From contig JAYKGY010000012.1 of NCBI GenBank assembly GCA_035285545.1, positions 1-60,746 of the forward strand: 60,746 nt of DNA, read 5' to 3'. Positions 21,739-32,970 of this stretch are shown piece after piece; the first letter of the stretch is position 1; each line of letters opens with the position of its first letter. The notes below the pieces were generated by a model, which was not told the origin of the DNA, searched no databases, and was given only the letters and a program-made list of their open reading frames with translations. A program made the position numbers and the translations under genes. Source of the DNA: Snowella sp. (GTDB taxonomy: Bacteria; Cyanobacteriota; Cyanobacteriia; Cyanobacteriales; Microcystaceae).

Positions 21739-24315
21739 TTAATAGCCCACAATCACGATCCACATCAAAGTAGCAAGACCAATAATTGATAAATGTTGGG
21801 GCAATAATAACTTGATGGGTTGTCGAGCAATCTTTTGAGTGACCAAAAAAGACGTTAAAACCCCGAATAGTAAAGTTGAAGCTTGTAAAAAGGCAATCAC
21901 CGCAGGATGGGCAATGACAACGGGTAAATTTTCTCCCGATAGCCCAAAGGTAGCTAACGTTAAGGGAATAATCGTTCCGGCTTCCCCTAAGCCCAAACGC
22001 AAATAGTGAGCCAGATTACCGGCTAATACTAGGGGTAAATAGCCATAGGATAATTTAAGAAATTTGGTGTGGCTTCCCGTGGAAATTTGCCGAATTAGTT
22101 GATGGGCGATCAGGGGAATGAGGGTAGGAAGACTTAAAGCGAGAATAGCCGCGACACTATGTAAACTAAAATTGTCAAAATTGAGATGCAATCCCCATTC
22201 CAAGTTAATTTCTGGCAGACGACGCAAGAAAATATTGTTCAATAACAAAAATAAAAGAGCGACTTCATAAGGACGAGGAATATGGGTCGTCCACAGTTCA
22301 ATCCCAGGCGGGCGGAGATTCACTTCTACGGAACGATGGGGACAGGCTTTAAGACAAGTCATACAGAGAACACAATCCCGATTATCTTCCAGTTGAGCAG
22401 GGTGGGAATAGAGCGGGCAACCGAGGGTTTCTTGACCTTCGCCTTTTTTCGGGCCCCCTTTATAGCATTGGTAGGTGCTACATTCTGCTGAGCAAGTTCC
22501 TTGCTGGGCCCGCAGTTCCGTCATGGACAGTTTGGCAAACATGCCATTCATACCCCCAATGGGACAAAGGTAGCGACACCAAAAACGACGTTCAAAAATC
22601 GCGGAACAAATCATGGCTCCGCCCGTGATGATGAGTAGTAACCAGGCGGAAAGATAGGCGGTATCGGGTAAATCCCATAATTCTTCCCACAGTAAAATGA
22701 TGGTAAATAAGGCAAACAGAAACCAGCCTCCCCATTTTTCCGCCGTTTGTCGGGGCCATTTTTTAAGCTGTCGAGGAAAAAGCCAGAGGGACAGTTTTTG
22801 GGTAATTTCGCCGTAGATCATGAACGGACAGACCGCACACCAAAGCCTGCCGACAAAAGGAAAGCTAATTAAGACCAACGGCCACCACCAGGCCCAAAAA
22901 AGATTCAGGGCAAAATTTTCGGAACGTTGCTGGGGCCCAAGAAAAAGAATGGCGACAATAATCGGATAAATAATAGCGGTGAACCCATAATTCAGTTTGT
23001 CTGGCCACCAATCGCTGCGGAGAAAATAGCGAAACGAGGGGTAAGCATTGAGGAGATTAAGTCGAAATTGTTTTTTCTTGCTTTGGGACGGCCAAAGAAT
23101 ATCTTCCGTGATTTCTGCCGATCCTTGCAGTTGGGTCATCGCCCGATCAACCAGATTGGATAATTCTCGTAAGTTATTGGGAAAATCGTAGGCTTGTAAC
23201 CGGCGTAGGGCTTCAGTCGTCACAGGAACCGGAGCTAGGCCTTTGGTACGACAAGCGAGACTGATGTAGTAGTTAATATAATCTTCAATGTCAGCTTTTC
23301 TGAGGCGTAGGGGAGGGACTTTGATTTGAATGGGAAATAGGTTATTGAGTCCTGCAATGGTAGTTTCAGCGATCGCGATGATCCGGGCATGACTTTGTTT
23401 CGGTTCAGCGGCTTCATCAGATGCCTGAGTAACGGGTCGATAGGTTCCGTCTTGGATTAATTCGGCGATCGCCGGACGTAGGGCGGTTGGTAATTCTTGT
23501 AAATTATTGAGAATTAATGTCCCATTTGCTAACGCTTCCAAAAGCCCCATTTTCTGACCCTTACGGCCAAATAAATCGGCACCATTAACTTGCAAAGTGG
23601 CACAATTTACCTTTACTAGGGGTTCCTTTTCGTATTCATGGGAATGAAAATGGATTAAGGCTGCTGTATTATCTTTTTCTAACCCCGGCTCTCCGAAAAT
23701 GAGTACGGGTTCACGACTTTCAAAGGCTTCTTTAATCTGCGATCGCAGCTTTACCGCGTAACGACTTTTGCCCATAATGGCCCGTCGTGCCTTGGGGACA
23801 AGGTAGGGACGCAACACAATTTGCCGTTCTTGTTCAAACATTAATTGAGAGACTAATTCCTCAACTTCTGCGGCTAAATATTGGGAAAAAGCCTGTATAA
23901 CTTGGGGATATTTTTGAATCAAATCCCGAAAGATTTTTGCGTCTAAAAACCACAATTGACAATCATTCAACGCCACTACGGTTTCATAGACCGGTTGATT
24001 CAGAAGCAAAGCTCTTAAATTAATCGCAGACCCTGGCAATAGGCCGAGTTTTTGAGATAATCGTTCTAAATGTCCCGATTCTAGGAGGTAAAGCCCATGG
24101 GGATCTTCTTTTTCCGTCACCAAAACTTGATTCGCAGTTAAATTGTAGGGCTGAAGATGGGGAACGATTTCATCAATAACCGATCGCCCTAATAGACTTA
24201 ATTCCGTTCTTTCCTTTAACCAGTTAGTCAAATCGGTAGAAATCATTTGTTTTTCTTGTAGATTTTGGAATATTTTTGTTTTTTGATTGCTAATGTAGCT
24301 TGAATGATTGATCAA
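21739..24315 (-). CDS. cNMP-binding / sigma54-activator-like AAA+ / 4Fe-4S membrane protein
   Basis: N-terminal cNMP-like domain; VLIFGEPGLEKD and YDFPNNLREL; GRLWCAVCP, WCRYLCP and CVLCMTCLKACP among TM helices. Start may be ATG at 24246. Confidence 0.85.
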   Translation of the reverse strand: MINHSSYISNQKTKIFQNLQEKQMISTDLTNWLKERTELSLLGRSVIDEIVPHLQPYNLTANQVLVTEKEDPHGLYLLESGHLERLSQKLGLLPGSAINLRALLLNQPVYETVVALNDCQLWFLDAKIFRDLIQKYPQVIQAFSQYLAAEVEELVSQLMFEQERQIVLRPYLVPKARRAIMGKSRYAVKLRSQIKEAFESREPVLIFGEPGLEKDNTAALIHFHSHEYEKEPLVKVNCATLQVNGADLFGRKGQKMGLLEALANGTLILNNLQELPTALRPAIAELIQDGTYRPVTQASDEAAEPKQSHARIIAIAETTIAGLNNLFPIQIKVPPLRLRKADIEDYINYYISLACRTKGLAPVPVTTEALRRLQAYDFPNNLRELSNLVDRAMTQLQGSAEITEDILWPSQSKKKQFRLNLLNAYPSFRYFLRSDWWPDKLNYGFTAIIYPIIVAILFLGPQQRSENFALNLFWAWWWPLVLISFPFVGRLWCAVCPFMIYGEITQKLSLWLFPRQLKKWPRQTAEKWGGWFLFALFTIILLWEELWDLPDTAYLSAWLLLIITGGAMICSAIFERRFWCRYLCPIGGMNGMFAKLSMTELRAQQGTCSAECSTYQCYKGGPKKGEGQETLGCPLYSHPAQLEDNRDCVLCMTCLKACPHRSVEVNLRPPGIELWTTHIPRPYEVALLFLLLNNIFLRRLPEINLEWGLHLNFDNFSLHSVAAILALSLPTLIPLIAHQLIRQISTGSHTKFLKLSYGYLPLVLAGNLAHYLRLGLGEAGTIIPLTLATFGLSGENLPVVIAHPAVIAFLQASTLLFGVLTSFLVTQKIARQPIKLLLPQHLSIIGLATLMWIVIVGY

Positions 24316-24858
24316 TTATTGACAACAATTGAGGGGAATGATTGTAACAATTCATGATGTCTATTCTTGACAAAATGGAGATTGATTGCCAATCTATAGG
24401 TTTTTATAGAGAATGCTGTTATTTTAACCTTAGGAAAACAAAAAATAAATTATGTCTCATTTAATCTTTAAATTGATCTAATAAACTTAAGTTGCTAGTC
24501 ACTCACCAAGAATGTATTCATTTGATACAAAATCAACGAACTACCGTATTGTCGTATACCGTTTTAATAGATTTGAGGCTACGTTGAAGAGGTTCTAAAT
24601 AGCTAGCAATTTGGTTTACGCTTATTGATTCAACCTTTGTGTTATTGCCATTTACTAAAACCGTGATGAGTTGTAATTGTTACTTCCCTATTTTCACGAA
24701 AATTTCGCTCTTTATTTCCTCAGATTAATTCTTTAATAAATTCTCTACTTGAATCGATTTTTCTCGTAATTTCTATTTTTCTTTAACCTAGATTGATAGC
24801 ATCAGCGTCATCCCAAACTTACGCTCATTAAGCCCTATGTGGTGATTAACCATTGGCA

Positions 24859-25461
24859 TTACTTCACTAAAACGGTAGAGTTAGCCATTTTGGTTAAACT
24901 TTGAATATCACCAACTTTAATCCCAACGGTATAACGATAATTTCCTTCTTGCCAGGTTAACGTAGAGTCCGAGCAATTGGCTCCACAGGTTGCCTCTGTA
25001 AAATACCCCGTCCGATTGTGCATTAATTTAACTCGTTTTCCCGTTAAAGGTTGCTTCTTTTTAATAAATTCACCTGAAAGACTGCCCAAGCGACAAGCAT
25101 TGCCACCACCACAATCGGGAGTATAGCCCAATATTAAGGAATAGCTGGAGGAATTAGCCGTTTCGATCACCGCATAGAGGGGCAAGGAATCATCCGCATC
25201 GGGAATATAGCTGGGTAATCTCAGGGGCACTCTGGTTTTTGCTTTTAAACTGGGGATAATTGGCTGAAAGATCTTAGAAACTTTATTAACGCTATTAACG
25301 GTTGGTTGTTTAGCCGTCGCTTGAGCAATAGGATTTAACCCTACTCCTGAAATCTCGACGGTTGATAAGCCAATTAGAGATAGTGCGATCGCCGTTAACC
25401 CGATTGACCAAATCGCCCTAGATCGCCATTGATGAATCCCTATTTGAGTCTGCTTATTCAT
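24859..25461 (-). CDS. Secreted hypothetical protein with two Cys pairs
   Basis: Hydrophobic signal region; CGGGNAC and CGANC motifs. Confidence 0.75.
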   Translation of the reverse strand: MNKQTQIGIHQWRSRAIWSIGLTAIALSLIGLSTVEISGVGLNPIAQATAKQPTVNSVNKVSKIFQPIIPSLKAKTRVPLRLPSYIPDADDSLPLYAVIETANSSSYSLILGYTPDCGGGNACRLGSLSGEFIKKKQPLTGKRVKLMHNRTGYFTEATCGANCSDSTLTWQEGNYRYTVGIKVGDIQSLTKMANSTVLVK

Positions 25462-25649
25462 CGTTACTCAATTGATAAAACTACCCAATTCCGCGATCGC
25501 TGCTTCCCGAACAATATCAATTACTTCCAATGAAGTCCTAAACGACGGGTAAATGCTTTCGGGATCCCCAGAAGTGATAAGCTATTGTGTGGGAAATCCA
25601 ACAAAACTTAACACTTGTCCTGTAATCTCAATTATAAGTAAATCCTTAG

Positions 25650-27104
<1,455 letters not shown>

Positions 27105-27116
27105 TTTTTAGTTGAA

Positions 27117-27171
27117 AGTTAATAGTTAATAGTGAATGGTGGAGATAACTAAACGCTATTAACTACTAACT
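27117..27171. repeat. Short heptamer tandem repeats forming a hairpin (STRR-like) between atpD and atpC
   Basis: GTTAATA GTTAATA GTGAATG followed by the near-complement CTATTAAC TACTAAC. Confidence 0.55.
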
Positions 27172-27210
27172 GAAATATTCTTGATAATTAACATTAATCA
27201 TTGAACCAAA

Positions 27211-27624
27211 ATGACATTAACAGTACGGGTTATTACACCGGATAAGGTTGTTTGGGATGATGCGGTGCAGGAAGTCATCCTCCCTAGCACAACAGGACAA
27301 CTGGGAATTTTAAGCAATCATGCTGCACTTTTAACTGCTTTAGAAATTGGGGTAATGCGGGTTCGCCCAGGCAAAGATTGGAAAAATATTGCCGTAATGG
27401 GTGGCTTTGCAGAAGTCGAAAATAATGAAGTTAAAGTTCTCGTTAATTCTGCTGAACTTGGCGAAAGTATTGACAAAGACGCTGCACGCACCGAATATAG
27501 CGAAGCTCAAGCCAGATTAGAGGAAGCGAATCGCGCTGGTGACAAACCTAAGCAAATTCAAGCTTCTCAATTAGTTAAAAAAGCACGGGCCCGTTTCCAA
27601 GCGGCGGGTGGCGTTGCCAATTAA
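27211..27624 (+). CDS. atpC: ATP synthase F1 epsilon subunit
   Basis: [30 protein letters not shown]; follows the beta subunit. Confidence 0.97.
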   Translation: MTLTVRVITPDKVVWDDAVQEVILPSTTGQLGILSNHAALLTALEIGVMRVRPGKDWKNIAVMGGFAEVENNEVKVLVNSAELGESIDKDAARTEYSEAQARLEEANRAGDKPKQIQASQLVKKARARFQAAGGVAN

Positions 27625-27661
27625 TTTTAAATTTTTAAGTTAATTTTTAATGATTTGAGTT

Positions 27662-27687
27662 AAGGGGAGAAATCACTCCCTTTTTTT
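27662..27687 (+). terminator. Intrinsic terminator of atpD-atpC
   Basis: GGGAG...CTCCC stem followed by T7. Confidence 0.65.
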
Positions 27688-27895
27688 ATTTTTTATATAC
27701 TTTTTCTTAAATTTATTGGACTAGGGTGTCATTTAAGCCCGCTCTATGGGGATATAACAGTCCTAAACCCTTTGTAAATATCGATTTGCTTTGGGGAAAG
27801 GTTTCGAGCTTCTCAACAACGCGAATGATTGAGGATTGCTCAGTTACGAAAAAATGCTTGGTCTTCAATTGCGATCGCCGTCGGATTAAATTTAA

Positions 27896-29002
27896 TTAAA
27901 ATAGTTGCCAATCAGCCGACCGTAAACACTTTAAACGTTCTAAACGGTGACTGAAGAAAAAGGGATCTAGGCGACTATAATCATGAAGTTTCATGGTATT
28001 TAAGCAAATGGCCCATGACCAGATATAGGCTGTTTGCGTCAAGGCTTGCAGACAGGATAATTCGATTGCGGTTAGCGGTTCTACGGATTGATAACCTTCT
28101 AAAAAAGCATCCCGCACCTTACGACTTAAGCCCGATTGTAAAGAAACCTGTAAAAATTTCCCCAGATCAAAGGCTCGCCAGCCGTAGCCACATTGATCAA
28201 AATCAAAGAGGGTCATCTGATTATTGTCGGTAAAATGCACATTGCCGCTATGGGGGTCACCCCAACAAATTCCCCAGTAGGGAGTTTCCATCGGTAGGGC
28301 TTTAAGCTGTTCTCGAATATGGGTGATCGCCTCGGTTAAATAACCCACCTGGCAACTTTTCGGAAGACAAGGAGCAATCACCTGCAAAGACTCTTCCAAT
28401 AAATACTCTGGGGCCAAAGGTTGACGAGCCGATAAAGAGGTGAAATGCTGTCCGACTTGATGTAAGCGAGCCACAACTTGCCCGAACAAAAAACTTTGAG
28501 TCGTATTGAGATCCCCTAAAGGCACATTCCCCGGTGCAAAGGGAAATAATGCCGCATACCGTTTTCCTTCCGGTGCATTAATTTCAATGGATAGCTCTCC
28601 CGCTTTACTGGTTAAGGGGGCAGAAACCGGAAGATTGTGATTGTTTAAAAAAGTTAGTAAATCGAGTTCAAATTGAATCTCCGACTGAGTACGCCAATGA
28701 TGATGGGAGACCCTTAAAATATAGGGTTTACTTAATGTTTCAATGAGATAAACATCACTCAAGCCGCGATGCCAAAACTGGCAATTGGTAATTGTCTCAA
28801 CCCTAAAATTCCGCTCAACCAAGGAAATTAAAGCACGAGGAGCTAACGTAGAGTACACCACAGGAAACAAATCCTGATCACTATCGTCAACTAAAGTTAG
28901 AAATGTCTTAGACTCTTTAAAGGATAGCGGGAAATCTCTTAGGAGTTGCATACAAAAGGCTCCTGAGGGTGGTAAGTCCAAACAATGCAGTTTTTTTAAC
29001 AA
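27896..29002 (-). CDS. APH/type II homoserine-kinase-like phosphotransferase
   Basis: CWGDPHSGN catalytic loop and FDFDQCG. The true start is probably downstream (ATG at 28951). Confidence 0.85.
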   Translation of the reverse strand: MLKKLHCLDLPPSGAFCMQLLRDFPLSFKESKTFLTLVDDSDQDLFPVVYSTLAPRALISLVERNFRVETITNCQFWHRGLSDVYLIETLSKPYILRVSHHHWRTQSEIQFELDLLTFLNNHNLPVSAPLTSKAGELSIEINAPEGKRYAALFPFAPGNVPLGDLNTTQSFLFGQVVARLHQVGQHFTSLSARQPLAPEYLLEESLQVIAPCLPKSCQVGYLTEAITHIREQLKALPMETPYWGICWGDPHSGNVHFTDNNQMTLFDFDQCGYGWRAFDLGKFLQVSLQSGLSRKVRDAFLEGYQSVEPLTAIELSCLQALTQTAYIWSWAICLNTMKLHDYSRLDPFFFSHRLERLKCLRSADWQLF

Positions 29003-29190
29003 CCCAACTGCTTTAAATTCACTACAATTCCCTTAAAAGAAATTACGCTAAAAAATATTATTTTTAGGGGAATAATGCAGCAAAAAATCCGGGACTAAAA
29101 AGATTAATGTTTTTAGCCAAAAGAACCTAAAATCGTTCTTGTTCTAAATTTAAGCGCATTGGCTCCCTAACTCCGTATCCTAAGTTACAC

Positions 29191-30129
29191 TTGTCTCAAT
29201 TTCCTGCTATGAATTTTTTGATAGACGAATCCAGCCATGATTCCTTCTGGAAAGAGGCTTTTCGACGTTTTTGTCGCGATCGCTTAGCCTTACTGGGTAG
29301 TGTTATTTTAGGGATCATTCTTGTCGGGGTTAGTATCGGCCCAGTGATTTATCAAATGCCCATCGACAAAATTGATTTTAGTCAAACGGCGGCTTTACCG
29401 AGTTGGCAACATCCGTTGGGTACCAATGATTTAGGACAGGATCAACTCGCCCGTTTATTGATAGGGGGGCGCATTTCCTTAACTGTTGGTATTGCTGCAA
29501 TGTTGGTCGCGATGACCTTGGGCACCCTCATTGGCGCGATCGCGGGTTTCTATGGTGGTCTGGTGGATACGGGATTAATGCGGTTGACGGATTTGTTTTT
29601 ATCCTTGCCCCAGTTACCGTTGTTATTGTTGGTGGTTTATCTGTTTCGAGATTCTCTTAAAGCGATCGCTGGTCAACTTCCCTTTGTTAATGCACCCGGA
29701 GAAGTGGGGATTTTTTTATTAGTGGTCTTAATGATTGGGGGCTTAAACTGGATGTCGCTTGCCCGCTTAGTCCGAGGGAATATTTTAAAATTGCGGGAAA
29801 TGGAATTTGTCAGTGCAGCAACAGCCTTGGGAGCGAGACCCCGCCGCATTATTTGGGTACATCTTTTCCCCAATGTCTTCAACGTCATTATTGTTGCTGC
29901 GACTCTGGCTATTGGTAACGCGATTATTACCGAATCCACCCTGAGCTTTTTGGGGTTAGGCTTTCCGCCCGATGTTCCCACCTGGGGCCAAATGCTCTAC
30001 AGTGCGAAGGACTATTTAACTTCGGCTCCCCATTTGGTACTGTTTCCTGGATTAGCCATTTTCCTAACGGTATTAAGTATTAACTACATTGGCGATGGAC
30101 TAAGAGATGCTTTTGATCCCAAAAGATAA
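29191..30129 (+). CDS. Peptide/nickel ABC transporter permease (OppC/DppC-like)
   Basis: HPLGTNDLGQD, GGRISL, EFVSAATALGA, ESTLSFLGLG, GDGLRDAFDP. Confidence 0.92.
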   Translation: MSQFPAMNFLIDESSHDSFWKEAFRRFCRDRLALLGSVILGIILVGVSIGPVIYQMPIDKIDFSQTAALPSWQHPLGTNDLGQDQLARLLIGGRISLTVGIAAMLVAMTLGTLIGAIAGFYGGLVDTGLMRLTDLFLSLPQLPLLLLVVYLFRDSLKAIAGQLPFVNAPGEVGIFLLVVLMIGGLNWMSLARLVRGNILKLREMEFVSAATALGARPRRIIWVHLFPNVFNVIIVAATLAIGNAIITESTLSFLGLGFPPDVPTWGQMLYSAKDYLTSAPHLVLFPGLAIFLTVLSINYIGDGLRDAFDPKR

Positions 30130-30204
30130 GCCCTGCTCAGGAAATTTCCGTCTTTCTCCGCTTTTCACTGAACTTTTATTGAGATTCCCTTGCACCAGTC
30201 TGGA

Positions 30205-32673
30205 TTACGTTAAAATTTCTGAACCAATCAAACGCTGATAACGAACTTCAACCTCCTGTTGTAAAGCGGGTAAATGGCTCAAACTTCTATCCGCCATCAT
30301 TAATTTTTCTGCGGCTTCCCTGGCTAACAATAAAACCTCCTGATCTTCGACTAAACTGGCTAAAGCAAAATCCGGTAACCCCGACTGACGACTGCCTAAC
30401 ACTTCGCCTGGCCCCCGTAGTCGTAAATCCATTTCCGAAATAAAAAAGCCATCCTGGGATTGTTCCAACACACTTAACCGCTGACGAGCATCAGGATTTT
30501 TACTACCACTCATTAACAAACAATAGGATTGATGGGAACCACGACCAACCCGCCCTCGTAACTGGTGCAATTGGGATAAGCCAAATCGTTCGGCATTTTC
30601 GATGAGCATTACCGTTGCATTGGGGACATCTACGCCTACTTCAATCACGGTGGTGGAAACGATGATGTCGGTTTGGCGATCGCGGAACGCATTTAAGGCC
30701 GCTTCTTTATCTGCCGAACTCATCCGCCCGTGTAACAAGCCAATTTTGAAATCAGGAAAGACCGTATTAGAGAGATGTTGATGTTCTTCCACTGCGGCTT
30801 TGAGGTCTAACTTTTCCGATTCTTCGATCATCGGGAAAATAATATAGGCTTGCCGACCTTGGGCTACTTCGCGACGGATTAAATCAAAAGCCTGCGATCG
30901 CTCTTTTGCCGTTAAAGCGGTGGTTTGAATCGGTTGTCGTCCTGGGGGTAACTCATCAATTTGACTGACATCTAGATCCCCATGTAAGGTTAACGCCATC
31001 GTGCGAGGAATGGGCGTTGCCGTCATTGTCAGAACATGGGGCGATTGACCTTTGGATAATAACTTAGCTCGTTGCAGAACCCCAAACCGATGCTGCTCAT
31101 CAATGACCACTAGACCTAATTTTTGAAAATTGACCGTATCTTGAATCAGGGCATGGGTTCCCACCAGTAAGGGTAATTCTCCTGTTTCTAGTTGGGAGTG
31201 GATTTCTCGTCGTTTCGCTGTTTTGGTTGAACCTGTTAACAGTTCTACAGGTAAATGGAGCAGATTAAACCAACCGACTAATTTACGGTAATGTTGCTCG
31301 GCTAAAACTTCCGTCGGAGCCATCAACGCCCCTTGATAACCCGATTGGATCGCGGCTAATAGGGCAAATACAGCAACTACGGTTTTTCCCGACCCGACAT
31401 CGCCCTGAACTAAACGATTCATGGGAGTCGATAATTCCAAATCCGCCAGAATTTCATTAATGACTCGTCGTTGCGCATTGGTTAGGCTAAAAGGGAGTAT
31501 TTCGTTAAACTTTTCGATTAGCTGACCTCTGGGGATAAAAACTGCACTTTTTTCGGTTTTCTTTTGTTGTTGCCTTCGTTGCAGAAAACCTAATTGCAAA
31601 TAGAAAAACTCATCAAAAACCAATCGCCGCCTAGCATGAACTAAATGCTCAGGACTTTGGGGAAAATGAATATTGCAGATAGCCTCTTGTAAAGGAACTA
31701 AGCCGTAGGAATCCTTGAGTCCGTTTGGTAGGGGGTCTTGCAGTTGAGGAATAGCTCCCATGACACTTAAGACAGCATTCCGAATTAAATCTGCTGCCAC
31801 GCCTTCTGTTAACGGATAAACGGGCAAAACTCGACCAATTTTTAAGGATTCAATGCGAGAATCCATATTTTCCAAAATTTCGATTTCAAGATTGTCTAAG
31901 GTTAAACCATACTTATTTTCTTTGACTAGACCTGAAGCCGCGATTGCGGTGCCTGGGGGATAAAGGCGTTTTTGTCGTTCTTGCCACCCCTTATTATTAA
32001 AGCGATAACCTGCATAAAAGCGATTGAGTTTGATGCGATCGGTATGATCCTTAATGACTAACTCAAAAATGGTTAAATTTTGATTTTTCGGACTCGTAAA
32101 ACAATTACTCCGAATTACAGTGCCAACGAGGGTCACCGTTTCCCCTGCGGTTAACTGAGAAATCGTCACTTGCCGCGCATAGTCAATATGATTGCGGGGA
32201 TAGTAAAACAATAAATCTCGAACGGTAGATAACCCCAAGCGTTGTAAATGCCGACTTTTGGCATAGCCAATTCCGGTTACCTCTTTTAATTGCTGGTCTA
32301 AGGTAATTTCCTCTGGGGTGGATGGTGCTTCAATCTCCTTGATTTTGGGCGTTTTAGGTAAGGGCGGTTCGGTAGGACGTTCTAACGTTTGGCGTAATTC
32401 AAAGAGAAAACGACGGGTCTCTGCTACCAGTTGTTGACGTTGAGCAAGGGTTAATTCCCCATATTTTGCATATTTCAGGCCTAATTCTTGCCAGCGACGA
32501 CGGGAATCGATCGGGGTGCGAGGCGGCGGTGTACTTCCAAAGGTTAAACAAAAAAACTCACTAAAACGGTATTGATTTCCCTGCAAATCCATAAACCCCC
32601 GTTCTGCTTCGACAGAGAGGGCTTTTTGTAACCTTAACCAATCGGGTGTTTCCTGTTCTCCCACAGATACCAA
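30205..32673 (-). CDS. recG: ATP-dependent DNA helicase RecG
   Basis: MNRLVQGDVGSGKT, DEQHRFG, MTATPIPRT, QLHQLRGRVGRG, DLRLRGPGE. Confidence 0.97.
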   Translation of the reverse strand: MVSVGEQETPDWLRLQKALSVEAERGFMDLQGNQYRFSEFFCLTFGSTPPPRTPIDSRRRWQELGLKYAKYGELTLAQRQQLVAETRRFLFELRQTLERPTEPPLPKTPKIKEIEAPSTPEEITLDQQLKEVTGIGYAKSRHLQRLGLSTVRDLLFYYPRNHIDYARQVTISQLTAGETVTLVGTVIRSNCFTSPKNQNLTIFELVIKDHTDRIKLNRFYAGYRFNNKGWQERQKRLYPPGTAIAASGLVKENKYGLTLDNLEIEILENMDSRIESLKIGRVLPVYPLTEGVAADLIRNAVLSVMGAIPQLQDPLPNGLKDSYGLVPLQEAICNIHFPQSPEHLVHARRRLVFDEFFYLQLGFLQRRQQQKKTEKSAVFIPRGQLIEKFNEILPFSLTNAQRRVINEILADLELSTPMNRLVQGDVGSGKTVVAVFALLAAIQSGYQGALMAPTEVLAEQHYRKLVGWFNLLHLPVELLTGSTKTAKRREIHSQLETGELPLLVGTHALIQDTVNFQKLGLVVIDEQHRFGVLQRAKLLSKGQSPHVLTMTATPIPRTMALTLHGDLDVSQIDELPPGRQPIQTTALTAKERSQAFDLIRREVAQGRQAYIIFPMIEESEKLDLKAAVEEHQHLSNTVFPDFKIGLLHGRMSSADKEAALNAFRDRQTDIIVSTTVIEVGVDVPNATVMLIENAERFGLSQLHQLRGRVGRGSHQSYCLLMSGSKNPDARQRLSVLEQSQDGFFISEMDLRLRGPGEVLGSRQSGLPDFALASLVEDQEVLLLAREAAEKLMMADRSLSHLPALQQEVEVRYQRLIGSEILT

Positions 32674-32970
32674 TTCAATCTGGATAAACGTTGCGATCGC
32701 TGAAATTTTTAATCTGAGCGATTAACTTACTCAGTATTAATATCGGGAATATAATTCCTAGAGTCATAATCTTTACCAGATTTCTAAAGCCTATGGTAGC
32801 AAACGATCAATCAGTCTGTGGCCTTCAAGGCTATAGCGATCGCTAGTTCTCGTGATTCTCATGTTCAACTTTCTTCTAAGTAAAGTACAAAATTCCTAGT
32901 AATCGCAGGACTTCAACAAAAATATGATATGACTATAACTTTCAACTACGCTAACACTCGCCGCATAACG

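Noticed and set aside
24513..24529. TGTA...TACA as an NtcA site
   Set aside because: The spacer is 9 nt, not 8.
24530..24830. Short stop-interrupted minus-strand frame between two genes
   Set aside because: No recognisable motif; could be a decayed gene or chance.
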